From the NCBI GenBank assembly GCA_011773475.1, contig WVXN01000001.1, forward strand, positions 13,699 through 62,226: DNA of 48,528 nucleotides, written 5' to 3'. A program made the translations under genes and the position numbers. Shown piece by piece: positions 40,767 through 48,528 of the stretch. Under the pieces are notes generated by a model, which did no database searches, had not been told where the DNA came from, and worked only from the letters and a program-made list of their open reading frames with translations. The DNA is from Candidatus Aenigmatarchaeota archaeon (lineage in GTDB: Archaea > Aenigmatarchaeota > Aenigmatarchaeia > Aenigmatarchaeales > Aenigmatarchaeaceae). The stretch's first letter is position 1. Each line of letters starts with the position of its first letter.

Positions 40767-43700
40767 TTGTTCCTTACAGTATTTTTTGTTCTACTATTTA
40801 GTTTAAATCTTGCTTTAGCTTTAATCGATTCTGATGGTGATGGAATACCGGATGAGACGGATAATTGTCCTGATGTCCCAAATCCTGACCAGGAAAATAT
40901 AGATGGAGACGACTACGGGGCTGCTTGTGATTGTGATGATGTTGATCCAATGATAAATCCGGGTGCTACAGAAGTTTGTGATGGAATAGATAATGATTGT
41001 GATGGTTTAATAGATGAAGAGCCTGAAGCTTCTGAAAGTTGTCCATTATGTCAAGTGTGTTTTGAAAGTGTTTGTGTTAATACTGAACCCGGAACAGATC
41101 CTAAAAATGATTGTATAGGTAATTGTGACTACTGTAATGGAGCAGGTAGTTGTACTAAGGATCAAAGCCTTTGTATAGGCAACTGTGATTACTGCACTGG
41201 ATCTGGAAATAATTTTAATTGTGCTGCTAATGAAACTGTTTGTGAACTAAAGTACTGTGCAGATTGTACCGGATCTGGAAATAATTACAATTGTGTTTAT
41301 GATCAAACAGAGGATGAGGATTGTGATCCATTTGATCTTAATGGAATAGCAACTTGTTATAATAATCCAGATGCTTATGATTTCACATGGGATTACAGGG
41401 CAGCATTTAATAGTGTATGTGCAGAATTAGACCTATGTACTCAAGGAGATTCAACTATAACTCACACATGTAATGACAATGATTTATTCGATACAATAGT
41501 GTTTGGAAGTGGATGTAATGCTAACTGTGATGAAAATAGTGATTGTATAAGTGGAATATGTGGAAGTGATTGTACTTGTGAAAATAATCCACCAGTAGCT
41601 AATGCTGGTTCTGACCAAACCATCCTTCTTGGAGAAACTGTAATTTTTGATGGAAGTGGATCTTATGATTTGGATGGAACTATAGTTTCATATGAATGGG
41701 ATTTTGGTGATCATTTTGTTCCAACAATTGGAACTGGAATAAATCCAACTCATACCTACTCTCACTCTGATTTATATGTTGTTACTTTAACTGTGATTGA
41801 TAATGAAGGGGAGGAAGATAGCGATACTATGATAGTTGTTGTTGAAGATAATATAATCATGTTAGAATTGAACTACGATACTGGCTCTTTCTCTGTACTA
41901 GATAAATATAAGAAATCAGGATTTGCACCAGACAGAAGAATACAACCTGAAGAAGGTTACAGAGCTGAAGTTTTTACTGAAACAGAAAAAACCTTATATG
42001 CTTTTACATTCGATATTCCCAATATCTTGAATTATGATATACCTGGTGAAGACGGTGTTCTTTCTGGTGGTTTTATTGAATTGAATGAAACTAATTTTAC
42101 ATTAGTCGTTCCTTACTTTGAAAATGCAGCTTGGATTAACATATACTATCCAAACGGTACTTTAGCATTAATTGTAGATGTGACGAGCCTTCCAGAAAAA
42201 GAAGGAAGCAACTGTCAAACACTAGTTAATTCTGGATCATCCACTACTTTATTCGACATAGTCTTTGTAGGAGATAATTATACTGCTGCTCAGCTAACTC
42301 AATTTGCAGCAGACGTTAATGCACACAATAATACGCTTTTGTCATTTCAACCATTCAGCAATCATTCCATAAACATTCACTGGGTTAATGAATCACGCAA
42401 CTTAGGATGCTATCATAACTGTATGGGTGTATCAAGATTGATCTGTTGTAATAATACTGCTGTTTTAAACTTGGCTACACAATGTCCATTAGATGAGATA
42501 ATAGTAATCTTTAACAGCAACAATTATGGAGGAAGTGGAACAAGAAGTACTGGTGGATTAACTTCATTTGCTATATCCTACTCAGGTGATGACACAAGCT
42601 GCACAAATAACTGTAGTGGTGATCGAGTAACAGTTCATGAATTTGGCCACTCATTCGGAAATCTGCATGATGAATATACTGATAATAATGTTTATGGTAA
42701 TTCAGGTGGTGCTACACCAAATGGTCCTAATTGTGATAATACTGCAGGTTGTCCTAGATTTGCTAATATTACTGGAGTTGTATGTAATCTCGGTTGTAGT
42801 TATAATGACTGGTACAGAGGCGACGATGCTTCAGGAGACCTGATGAGAAATCTATCAAACCTATACTTTGGACCAGTATGCATAAATGGACTGAATAATT
42901 TATTGAACCAATACCCAAGAACACTTTGTGGCGGTTCAACGCCATGCCAATGTGGAGACATTATAACACAAAGCCGTATATTAAACAGTTCTGATTTCAA
43001 CACAGGAGCATGCCTAGGAAGTGGATTGGATATAGGAACAGCAGGAATTACATTAGATTGCAATGGAAGACCAATGATAGGCAGTGGAACAGCAGGATCA
43101 GCCGGCATTAGGAATCCAGCTTTTGATAATGTTACAATAAAGAATTGTAATATCTCAAAGTTCGAAAGCGGCATCCATTTACAAGTAGCATCTAATAATA
43201 TAATAGACAATAATACTGCATCTGGAACACTAAGTGGTACTGGTATATGGATGGAAACATCATCATGGAATAATGTAACTAATAACACTGCATCCTCGTC
43301 TAAGTGGGGTATTGGTTTTGACACATATTCAGACAATAATTTGGTAGAAGATAATACTGTGTTGTCGTGCCAAATTGGAATAGAGTCATACACTTCTTCT
43401 GGTAATACGATTAAAAACAATACTGTAAACAATAATACACAGCATGGCATTTATCTTAGGGCTACTTCGAAGAATAATGTAATAATCGATAATACAGCAG
43501 ATTTCAACACTTGGAATGGTTTGTACTTTTTTGATGCTGCAAGCACAGGCAACACTGTAAACAACAATAGATTCTGTTTTAACAATTTAGGACTCGGACC
43601 ATATTTTGATATTAATGATGCTGATGCAAATACTGGTAATAATAATCAATGTGATTTCACAAGTCTTAACTGGTTCGAGGGTGCCATACCAGGATGTACC

Positions 43701-44837
43701 TTTAGGTGCGTAGCTGACAATCCTCCGAATATAACATTAATCAATCCACCTGATAATTATTACAATGATTCACAACAATATGTTTCTTTGAACTTTACAG
43801 CAAACTGTACAGATGATATTGGACTGTTTTATGCTGATTTATATACAAATTATACAGGCACATGGCAAATAAATCAAACAATGAATTTGACAGGATTATC
43901 ACAAACATTTAGTTTTCAGATGAACAATTTAACTAACTCATCATTTATATGGACCATTGATTGTGTAGATGTTGCTGGTAATCAAGCAATTGGACCGAAC
44001 AGAAGTGTTCTTTTAAATTACACTGTTCCCCGAATAATAAACTTCTCGAATACAACTCTAGCTGTAAATGTTACTCTTCAAACAACAACAGCAATCACAT
44101 TATTCATATCAAATGTATCTAATCCTTCTGCAATTGCAACTAACTTGACAATAGCATCTTTCGTTAACATAACTCCCAAATGTTCAATTGATTGGGCTTA
44201 CATCCAAATTTATTATAATGAAAGCAAAGTAGTTGTAGATGAATCTACACTAAGGATGTACTATTGGAATACTACGATCCCAGACTGGGTATTGATACCA
44301 AACTCTGGTGTCAATACTATAGAGAATTATGTTTGGGCAAATATCACTCATTTCACTATTTTCACAGGAATAGGTGGATTTGCAGATTCGGATCAAGATG
44401 GAGTTCTCGATATAGAAGATAAATGTCTTGGTACAACTGATTGGTATGCAGAACAAGAGCTTAAGCCAAATCATTATGACAGTTCAAACATAGACTTAAC
44501 AGAAACGTATGGTTGTAGTTGTGAACAAATTTTGTACTGCAAGCCTGGTGGAAATAATGGAGAGTACAAGTTCGGTTGTAGTGAAGGAACAATTAATGTT
44601 TGGACATCTCAAGATCCTGAAAGTTGGTCATTGGACTGCCAAACAAATGGAAAGGTAACTCAACCAGGAGCAGACAAATCTTTCTTCGAAAATACAGATT
44701 CTGATTGGTTATTAGATGGATTAGATTTTGATAATGACAATGATGGTTCACCTGATATTGATGATGATATGATAGATGATGCAGATCCTCCAGGTCATCC
44801 AGGATATGGAACACCAGATTGGTTTAAGAAAAAATAG
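40767..44837 (+). CDS. 1356-aa secreted multidomain surface protein: TSP3/Cys-rich repeats - PKD - M64-like zinc metallopeptidase - parallel beta-helix repeats - C-terminal TSP3-like acidic region
   Basis: Signal peptide. DSDGDGIPDETDNCPDVPNPDQ (TSP type 3). CDGIDNDCDGLIDEE. Repeated CDYC(N/T)G(A/S)G. PKD (VANAGSDQ...VIFDGSGSYDLDGTIVSYEWDFGD...). VHEFGHSFGNLHDEY (HExxH at 42636-42650). PbH1-like NNT/NN-rich repeats at about 43128-43600. DSDQDGVLDIEDKC. Many N-x-S/T sequons. The track start is a TTG; see the finding on the start codon. Confidence 0.9.
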   Translation: MFLTVFFVLLFSLNLALALIDSDGDGIPDETDNCPDVPNPDQENIDGDDYGAACDCDDVDPMINPGATEVCDGIDNDCDGLIDEEPEASESCPLCQVCFESVCVNTEPGTDPKNDCIGNCDYCNGAGSCTKDQSLCIGNCDYCTGSGNNFNCAANETVCELKYCADCTGSGNNYNCVYDQTEDEDCDPFDLNGIATCYNNPDAYDFTWDYRAAFNSVCAELDLCTQGDSTITHTCNDNDLFDTIVFGSGCNANCDENSDCISGICGSDCTCENNPPVANAGSDQTILLGETVIFDGSGSYDLDGTIVSYEWDFGDHFVPTIGTGINPTHTYSHSDLYVVTLTVIDNEGEEDSDTMIVVVEDNIIMLELNYDTGSFSVLDKYKKSGFAPDRRIQPEEGYRAEVFTETEKTLYAFTFDIPNILNYDIPGEDGVLSGGFIELNETNFTLVVPYFENAAWINIYYPNGTLALIVDVTSLPEKEGSNCQTLVNSGSSTTLFDIVFVGDNYTAAQLTQFAADVNAHNNTLLSFQPFSNHSINIHWVNESRNLGCYHNCMGVSRLICCNNTAVLNLATQCPLDEIIVIFNSNNYGGSGTRSTGGLTSFAISYSGDDTSCTNNCSGDRVTVHEFGHSFGNLHDEYTDNNVYGNSGGATPNGPNCDNTAGCPRFANITGVVCNLGCSYNDWYRGDDASGDLMRNLSNLYFGPVCINGLNNLLNQYPRTLCGGSTPCQCGDIITQSRILNSSDFNTGACLGSGLDIGTAGITLDCNGRPMIGSGTAGSAGIRNPAFDNVTIKNCNISKFESGIHLQVASNNIIDNNTASGTLSGTGIWMETSSWNNVTNNTASSSKWGIGFDTYSDNNLVEDNTVLSCQIGIESYTSSGNTIKNNTVNNNTQHGIYLRATSKNNVIIDNTADFNTWNGLYFFDAASTGNTVNNNRFCFNNLGLGPYFDINDADANTGNNNQCDFTSLNWFEGAIPGCTFRCVADNPPNITLINPPDNYYNDSQQYVSLNFTANCTDDIGLFYADLYTNYTGTWQINQTMNLTGLSQTFSFQMNNLTNSSFIWTIDCVDVAGNQAIGPNRSVLLNYTVPRIINFSNTTLAVNVTLQTTTAITLFISNVSNPSAIATNLTIASFVNITPKCSIDWAYIQIYYNESKVVVDESTLRMYYWNTTIPDWVLIPNSGVNTIENYVWANITHFTIFTGIGGFADSDQDGVLDIEDKCLGTTDWYAEQELKPNHYDSSNIDLTETYGCSCEQILYCKPGGNNGEYKFGCSEGTINVWTSQDPESWSLDCQTNGKVTQPGADKSFFENTDSDWLLDGLDFDNDNDGSPDIDDDMIDDADPPGHPGYGTPDWFKKK

Positions 44838-44839
44838 TT

Positions 44840-45709
44840 TTAGCTTATTTTTGAAACAATGAACGCTCCAACTAAAATTAAAAGAGATCCTATAATCTGT
44901 AATGGGAGAATAATTTCTTCTAAAAACAAAAAAGATAAAAACAGTGAAATAGGCGGTGACAGCAAAAGCAAGGTGGAAGCTTTAGATACTTTTATTAAAC
45001 TTATTGAATAGTACCAGAAAAATACGTACAAAAATAGAATTGATACTGAAATTCCAATATAAAGAATCTGTTCAGATGTGATTAACAACAACTGATTAAA
45101 GCTTCCTATTATCAAAACAATAGAAAATAGAACAATTGATGCAAAAAACATTCTACAAAAAGAAACAACAAAATTTGATTCCTTTTTTATCATTGCATAC
45201 TTTGATATAATGTTCTCAATAGCAAAAAGAACTGTTGCAATAATAACCAAAAAATCCCCAATAGCAATTTCAAAAGTTATAGCACTGTAAGATATAAGAT
45301 ATGCTCCAATAATCATTACTATCATTGCATAAACTTGTATTCTTTTTATTTTTTCTTTTAAAAAAGCGAAAGCAAGAATTGTTATAAACAAAGGTAAAAG
45401 TTTGTGCAAGAAAGCTGCCCTTCCTGCAGTTGTTAATTTTAATCCATTGAAAAAAGTTAAAAAAGCGAAACCGGCAACAAAACCTATTAGCAGAAGAATT
45501 TTCCAAGAAACTTTGTTAAAATTTTTAAAACTTAATTTATTTTTATAAAATGAAATTAAAAAGAATCCTATTCCAACAAAAAAAGTTCTTAATGAGGTGA
45601 ATAAAGTTGGATCTAAAGACATGAGAAAGAATTTGTTAGCAACAAAAGCAAAACCACTAACTATAGCAGTTATTATAGCAAATAGAGTTCCAATATTTTC
45701 TTTATTCAT
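44840..45709 (-). CDS. EamA/DMT-family transporter
   Basis: 10 hydrophobic helices in a 5+5 arrangement, 289 aa. Its start overlaps the stop of the hydrogenase ferredoxin subunit by 8 nt. Confidence 0.65.
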   Translation of the reverse strand: MNKENIGTLFAIITAIVSGFAFVANKFFLMSLDPTLFTSLRTFFVGIGFFLISFYKNKLSFKNFNKVSWKILLLIGFVAGFAFLTFFNGLKLTTAGRAAFLHKLLPLFITILAFAFLKEKIKRIQVYAMIVMIIGAYLISYSAITFEIAIGDFLVIIATVLFAIENIISKYAMIKKESNFVVSFCRMFFASIVLFSIVLIIGSFNQLLLITSEQILYIGISVSILFLYVFFWYYSISLIKVSKASTLLLLSPPISLFLSFLFLEEIILPLQIIGSLLILVGAFIVSKIS

Positions 45710-46052
45710 TTACCACAACGTTTTTTCTTACTTTTTCTTTGTTTTTATCAGCGTATTCAAAATCATTACTTAATTTTATTGATTTGGGATTGGAGAGACA
45801 AACATCTTCACACATTTTACAGAATATACAAAGGCCTTGGTCAAAATCTATTTTTCCTTTTTTTCGAAACTTAACAGCTCCAACAGGACAATATTTTTCG
45901 CAAAGCTTACAACCTATACATCTCTTAGAATAAAAATGGATCCTTCCTGAAAATCTAGGAAATGGTATAAGCTTTACTTTAGGATATTTTCTTGTAAATG
46001 GTCTTATGAAAAAGTTCTTTAAAGCTTCTCTTACTATTACCGACCTTTTCAT
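45702..46052 (-). CDS. Hydrogenase 2x[4Fe-4S] subunit (NuoI/MbhN-like)
   Basis: Start placed at the internal Met (MKRSVIVREALKNFF...), immediately after the stop of the NuoH-like gene; track start 46112 would overlap that gene by ~60 nt. CIGCKLCEKYCP and CIFCKMCEDVC. Confidence 0.8.
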   Translation of the reverse strand: MKRSVIVREALKNFFIRPFTRKYPKVKLIPFPRFSGRIHFYSKRCIGCKLCEKYCPVGAVKFRKKGKIDFDQGLCIFCKMCEDVCLSNPKSIKLSNDFEYADKNKEKVRKNVVVNE

Positions 46053-46897
46053 ATAATGCCTCTCATTATTATTATGAAATCTATTAGTGCTAAGATCATT
46101 ATCAAGAAACATACTTTGAAAGCTTGATCAACCCTATATCGTGGTGTGGTTGCTTGAGTAAATGAGTAAATGGATAAAAACAATAAACTCAATGGTAGAA
46201 TCATGATTATATCTCTACCAAATAAAAGCATTGGCATAAGAAAAACAAAGAACAGTCTCTTTAAGTAGGTCGCTAATTCAAAAAAGGCTAGACCCTTTCC
46301 ACTATATTCTGTTCCACTTCCACTCATTATTTCTGCAGCAGCTTCTGAAGTATCCAGAGGTGTTATATGAAGTTCCACAACCAGTATAGCAGCCAAAGTA
46401 GCAGAGGATATTGGAGTTGATAATAAGAGAAAAGTTGAGTTAAAATTACCTAGAGACAAAACACCTGCTCTCATCATGAAATTAAAAACGACTATGACGA
46501 ATGCTATCTCATAGGCCACCATTAATATCATTTCTCTCATAGATCCAACTATTCCAAAAGGATTATCAGAAGACAAACCAGCCAAAACATAAAAAGAACT
46601 GGATAAAATTGTTATGTAAGCCAAAACAACAAAATCAAAATTAAAAGCAATTAAAGAAAATGGAATAAACAAAAACAGAGAATAGTTGGATATAAAATAA
46701 AATATTGGGGAGTATTTGAAGAAAGGATCGTTCTGGCTCTTTAATTTCTTTTTTTGGAAAAGTTTTTTAATGTCGTAAAAAGGTTGGATTATTGGCGGAC
46801 CAATCCTGTTTTGTAATCTAGCATTTATTTTTCTGTGCAAACCTTCATAAAGCATTGCAATAAATGGAATTAGCAAAAAGAAAATTATTTCGTACAT
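46049..46897 (-). CDS. Hydrogenase membrane subunit (NuoH/MbhM/HycD-like)
   Basis: About 8 TM helices. RKINARLQNRIGPPIIQPFYDIKKLF matches the NuoH-family N-terminal motif (R...A..Q.R.GP....QP..D..K). Confidence 0.8.
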   Translation of the reverse strand: MYEIIFFLLIPFIAMLYEGLHRKINARLQNRIGPPIIQPFYDIKKLFQKKKLKSQNDPFFKYSPIFYFISNYSLFLFIPFSLIAFNFDFVVLAYITILSSSFYVLAGLSSDNPFGIVGSMREMILMVAYEIAFVIVVFNFMMRAGVLSLGNFNSTFLLLSTPISSATLAAILVVELHITPLDTSEAAAEIMSGSGTEYSGKGLAFFELATYLKRLFFVFLMPMLLFGRDIIMILPLSLLFLSIYSFTQATTPRYRVDQAFKVCFLIMILALIDFIIIMRGII

Positions 46898-48051
46898 GTA
46901 TATTTCCTCCTAAACTGGGATTCATTTAGAACTTCTGTTTTTCTATCTTTTACGATCATCACTCTTTCTAAACAACTGAAACAAGGATCCAAAGAACCAA
47001 CTATAACCGGTATATCTCCTATTTCCCTTTGTAGTAAAATTTTTTCAACTATTTTTAATGATGCAAAAGTTGGTGTTCTTATTTTAGCTCTTTCAATTTT
47101 ATTGTCTTTAAACTTTAGGTAATAAAATAACTCACCTCTCGGAGCTTCAATTCTTCCTATGCTTTCTCCATCTGGTATTTGCGTCAGTGTGAACTTTGGT
47201 ATAGGTTTTCTTGGCATTGTTTTTAAAATTTGTTTTATTATTCTTATTGATTCTGAGATTTCTTTTAATCTAACAATGGTCCTTGCTAGAGAATCACCTT
47301 CATCTTCTACTATTTCTTCGAAATCAAATTTTTTGTATATACCATAAGGTGGGTCTAACTTTCTTATGTCAGATTTCAAGCCACTTGCCCTAGCATTTGG
47401 ACCAACTATGCAATATCTCCTTGCATCTTCTTTTGTTATTACTCCTACTTCTTTTAATCTAGAAACTATTACATTATCTTTTTCAATATCAAAAACATAG
47501 GATTCTACCCTTTTTCTAAGACTTTCCAAATTTTTCAATATGAATGGTTTGTCTTTTGAATCGAAATCGTATCTAACTGTTTTCAATTTATTAAAATTAT
47601 GATGAACCCTTCCTCCTGTTATTTTCTCAAAAATATCAATTACCTTTTCCCTCTCTCTCCAGAAATACATAAACAGAGTTTCATATCCTATGTCATGAGC
47701 TATTAATCCTAACCAGAGAACATGGCTGTGCAATCTTTCTAATTCCATCATTAAAGCCCTTATCAGCTTAACTTTTTCATTGAGTTTAAACTTCAAAATA
47801 TTTTCAACTGTTCTACAATATGCGTTTTCATGAGCAGCAGAACAAATTCCACATATTCTTTGAGTTAAGTATAGAGCTGAGTCAGGGTTTTTTCCTTCTA
47901 AGATTTTTTCTATACCCTTATGAGTATAACCCATTCTTATATTAACATCTTGAATATAATTTCCATCTAAACTTACTCTTATGCACATTGGCTCTTTCAA
48001 TGCTGGATGCTGAGGTCCTATTGGTATAGTATAATCATGCATTTTTTTCAC
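46885..48051 (-). CDS. Group 4 [NiFe]-hydrogenase large subunit (NuoD/MbhL-like)
   Basis: N-terminal Ni-binding RICGICSAAH and C-terminal DPCFSCLER, followed by a 25-aa extension. Confidence 0.9.
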   Translation of the reverse strand: MKKMHDYTIPIGPQHPALKEPMCIRVSLDGNYIQDVNIRMGYTHKGIEKILEGKNPDSALYLTQRICGICSAAHENAYCRTVENILKFKLNEKVKLIRALMMELERLHSHVLWLGLIAHDIGYETLFMYFWREREKVIDIFEKITGGRVHHNFNKLKTVRYDFDSKDKPFILKNLESLRKRVESYVFDIEKDNVIVSRLKEVGVITKEDARRYCIVGPNARASGLKSDIRKLDPPYGIYKKFDFEEIVEDEGDSLARTIVRLKEISESIRIIKQILKTMPRKPIPKFTLTQIPDGESIGRIEAPRGELFYYLKFKDNKIERAKIRTPTFASLKIVEKILLQREIGDIPVIVGSLDPCFSCLERVMIVKDRKTEVLNESQFRRKYTCTK

Positions 48052-48364
48052 TTCTTTTCTTTAATAGTGGTGGTTTTTTATTCCAATTGTCTGGTAAGAA
48101 TAGTTTCAAATGTAATTTAGGATTTCCTTCAAACTCTACACCAAAAAAATCATGGATTTCTCTCTCATAATAATCTGCATTAGGAAAAATGTCTACAATA
48201 GTTTCGAAAAACGGTTTTTTCTTTGAAACTTTAAAATTTAAAGCAATTATTTTCCCGTTATCATCAAAATAATAATTTAAAGTAAAATCTTCTTCATCCT
48301 TACAAACAATTGCTATTAGTCTTTTGTCTTCAAGTTTTCTTATTTCGTGTTTTGGGTCTTTCAT
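48035..48364 (-). CDS. Hydrogenase NuoC/MbhK-like subunit
   Basis: ADYYEREIHDFFGVEFEGNP motif. 109 aa. Confidence 0.8.
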   Translation of the reverse strand: MKDPKHEIRKLEDKRLIAIVCKDEEDFTLNYYFDDNGKIIALNFKVSKKKPFFETIVDIFPNADYYEREIHDFFGVEFEGNPKLHLKLFLPDNWNKKPPLLKKRSEKNA

Positions 48365-48528
48365 CTAATCTACCTAAAAGTTTTAATAGGGCATACATTA
48401 TTGCTTCTGGTCTTGGTGGACATCCTGGAACATAAATATTAACAGGAATAACTTTATCTGTTGGCCCTACAAAGTTATACGCGTTTTTAAATGGTCCACC
48501 AGTTATTGAACAGGAACCAATTGCAACT
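48330..48528 (-). CDS. Hydrogenase small subunit (NuoB/MbhJ-like), C-terminal part; start lies outside the window
   Basis: The reverse strand reads ...VAIGSCSITGGPFKNAYNFVGPTDKVIPVNIYVPGCPPRPEAIMYALLKLLGRLDERPKTRNKKT*. This includes the NuoB-family GCPPRPE motif. It overlaps the next gene's start. Confidence 0.8.
   Translation of the reverse strand, partial: VAIGSCSITGGPFKNAYNFVGPTDKVIPVNIYVPGCPPRPEAIMYALLKLLGRLDERPKTRNKKT

Noticed and set aside
46053-46112. Upstream extension of the NuoI-like subunit (track start 46112)
   Set aside because: It would overlap the NuoH-like gene by ~60 nt and adds an uncharacteristic N-terminus (MFLDNDLSTNRFHNNNERHY). The internal Met sits directly after the upstream stop and gives a typical NuoI-like N-terminus.
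1-48528. Transposases/IS elements, integrases, restriction-modification, toxin-antitoxin or other canonical defence genes; rRNA, RNase P or SRP RNA
   Set aside because: No translated ORF showed DDE, tyrosine-recombinase, serine-recombinase or known defence signatures that I could recognise. All intergenic regions over 100 nt other than the tRNA loci are AT-rich and lack the GC-rich helices expected of structured RNAs.

Overview
This is a visibly AT-rich archaeal chromosome segment (base composition judged by eye, not computed). It has no rRNA and five tRNAs: Leu-UAG, His-GUG with an intron, Cys-GCA, Pro-CGG and an initiator-type Met. Many starts are preceded at 5-8 nt by a Shine-Dalgarno-like GGTGA/GTGAT. 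Most of the window is compact, often overlapping operons of archaeal information-processing and core genes: aIF2-alpha, eS27, L44e, RpoK, enolase, CysK-like/CysRS, AspRS, PCNA, a GINS-like protein, primase, deoxyhypusine synthase, RNase HII, SMC plus ScpA/ScpB, ThyX-GlyA-Tmk, and a geranylgeranyl reductase with its ferredoxin. A fused PriS-PriL(CTD) primase, an unusually short SMC, many small membrane or secreted ORFans and a 1356-aa multidomain surface protein suggest a small-genome DPANN-type archaeon; this is inference only. The right end carries an Mbh-type (group 4) membrane [NiFe]-hydrogenase core in J-K-L-M-N order, cut by the window edge. Nearby are a maturation endopeptidase and two atypical HypC-like ORFs, one of them below the ORF-track size cutoff. 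The most unusual structure is at the left end (about 235-6573). The GC-rich 3' end of tRNA-Leu recurs as direct repeats, intact or decayed, in five of the six gaps between seven consecutive single genes of mixed orientation, and a related purine-rich motif sits in the sixth. The array ends at tRNA-His and no integrase is visible in the window. This looks like a tRNA-anchored cassette array or a serial-integration hotspot. A second candidate system lies at 8243-10796. A membrane-tethered wHTH regulator there shares a roughly 35-aa acidic C-terminal tail (ending LKL) with a small membrane protein encoded in the divergent secreted-protein operon. CDS coordinates follow the supplied ORF track (stop codon included) except where I moved a start. 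Hand-called RNAs, repeats and small ORFs may be off by 1-2 nt.
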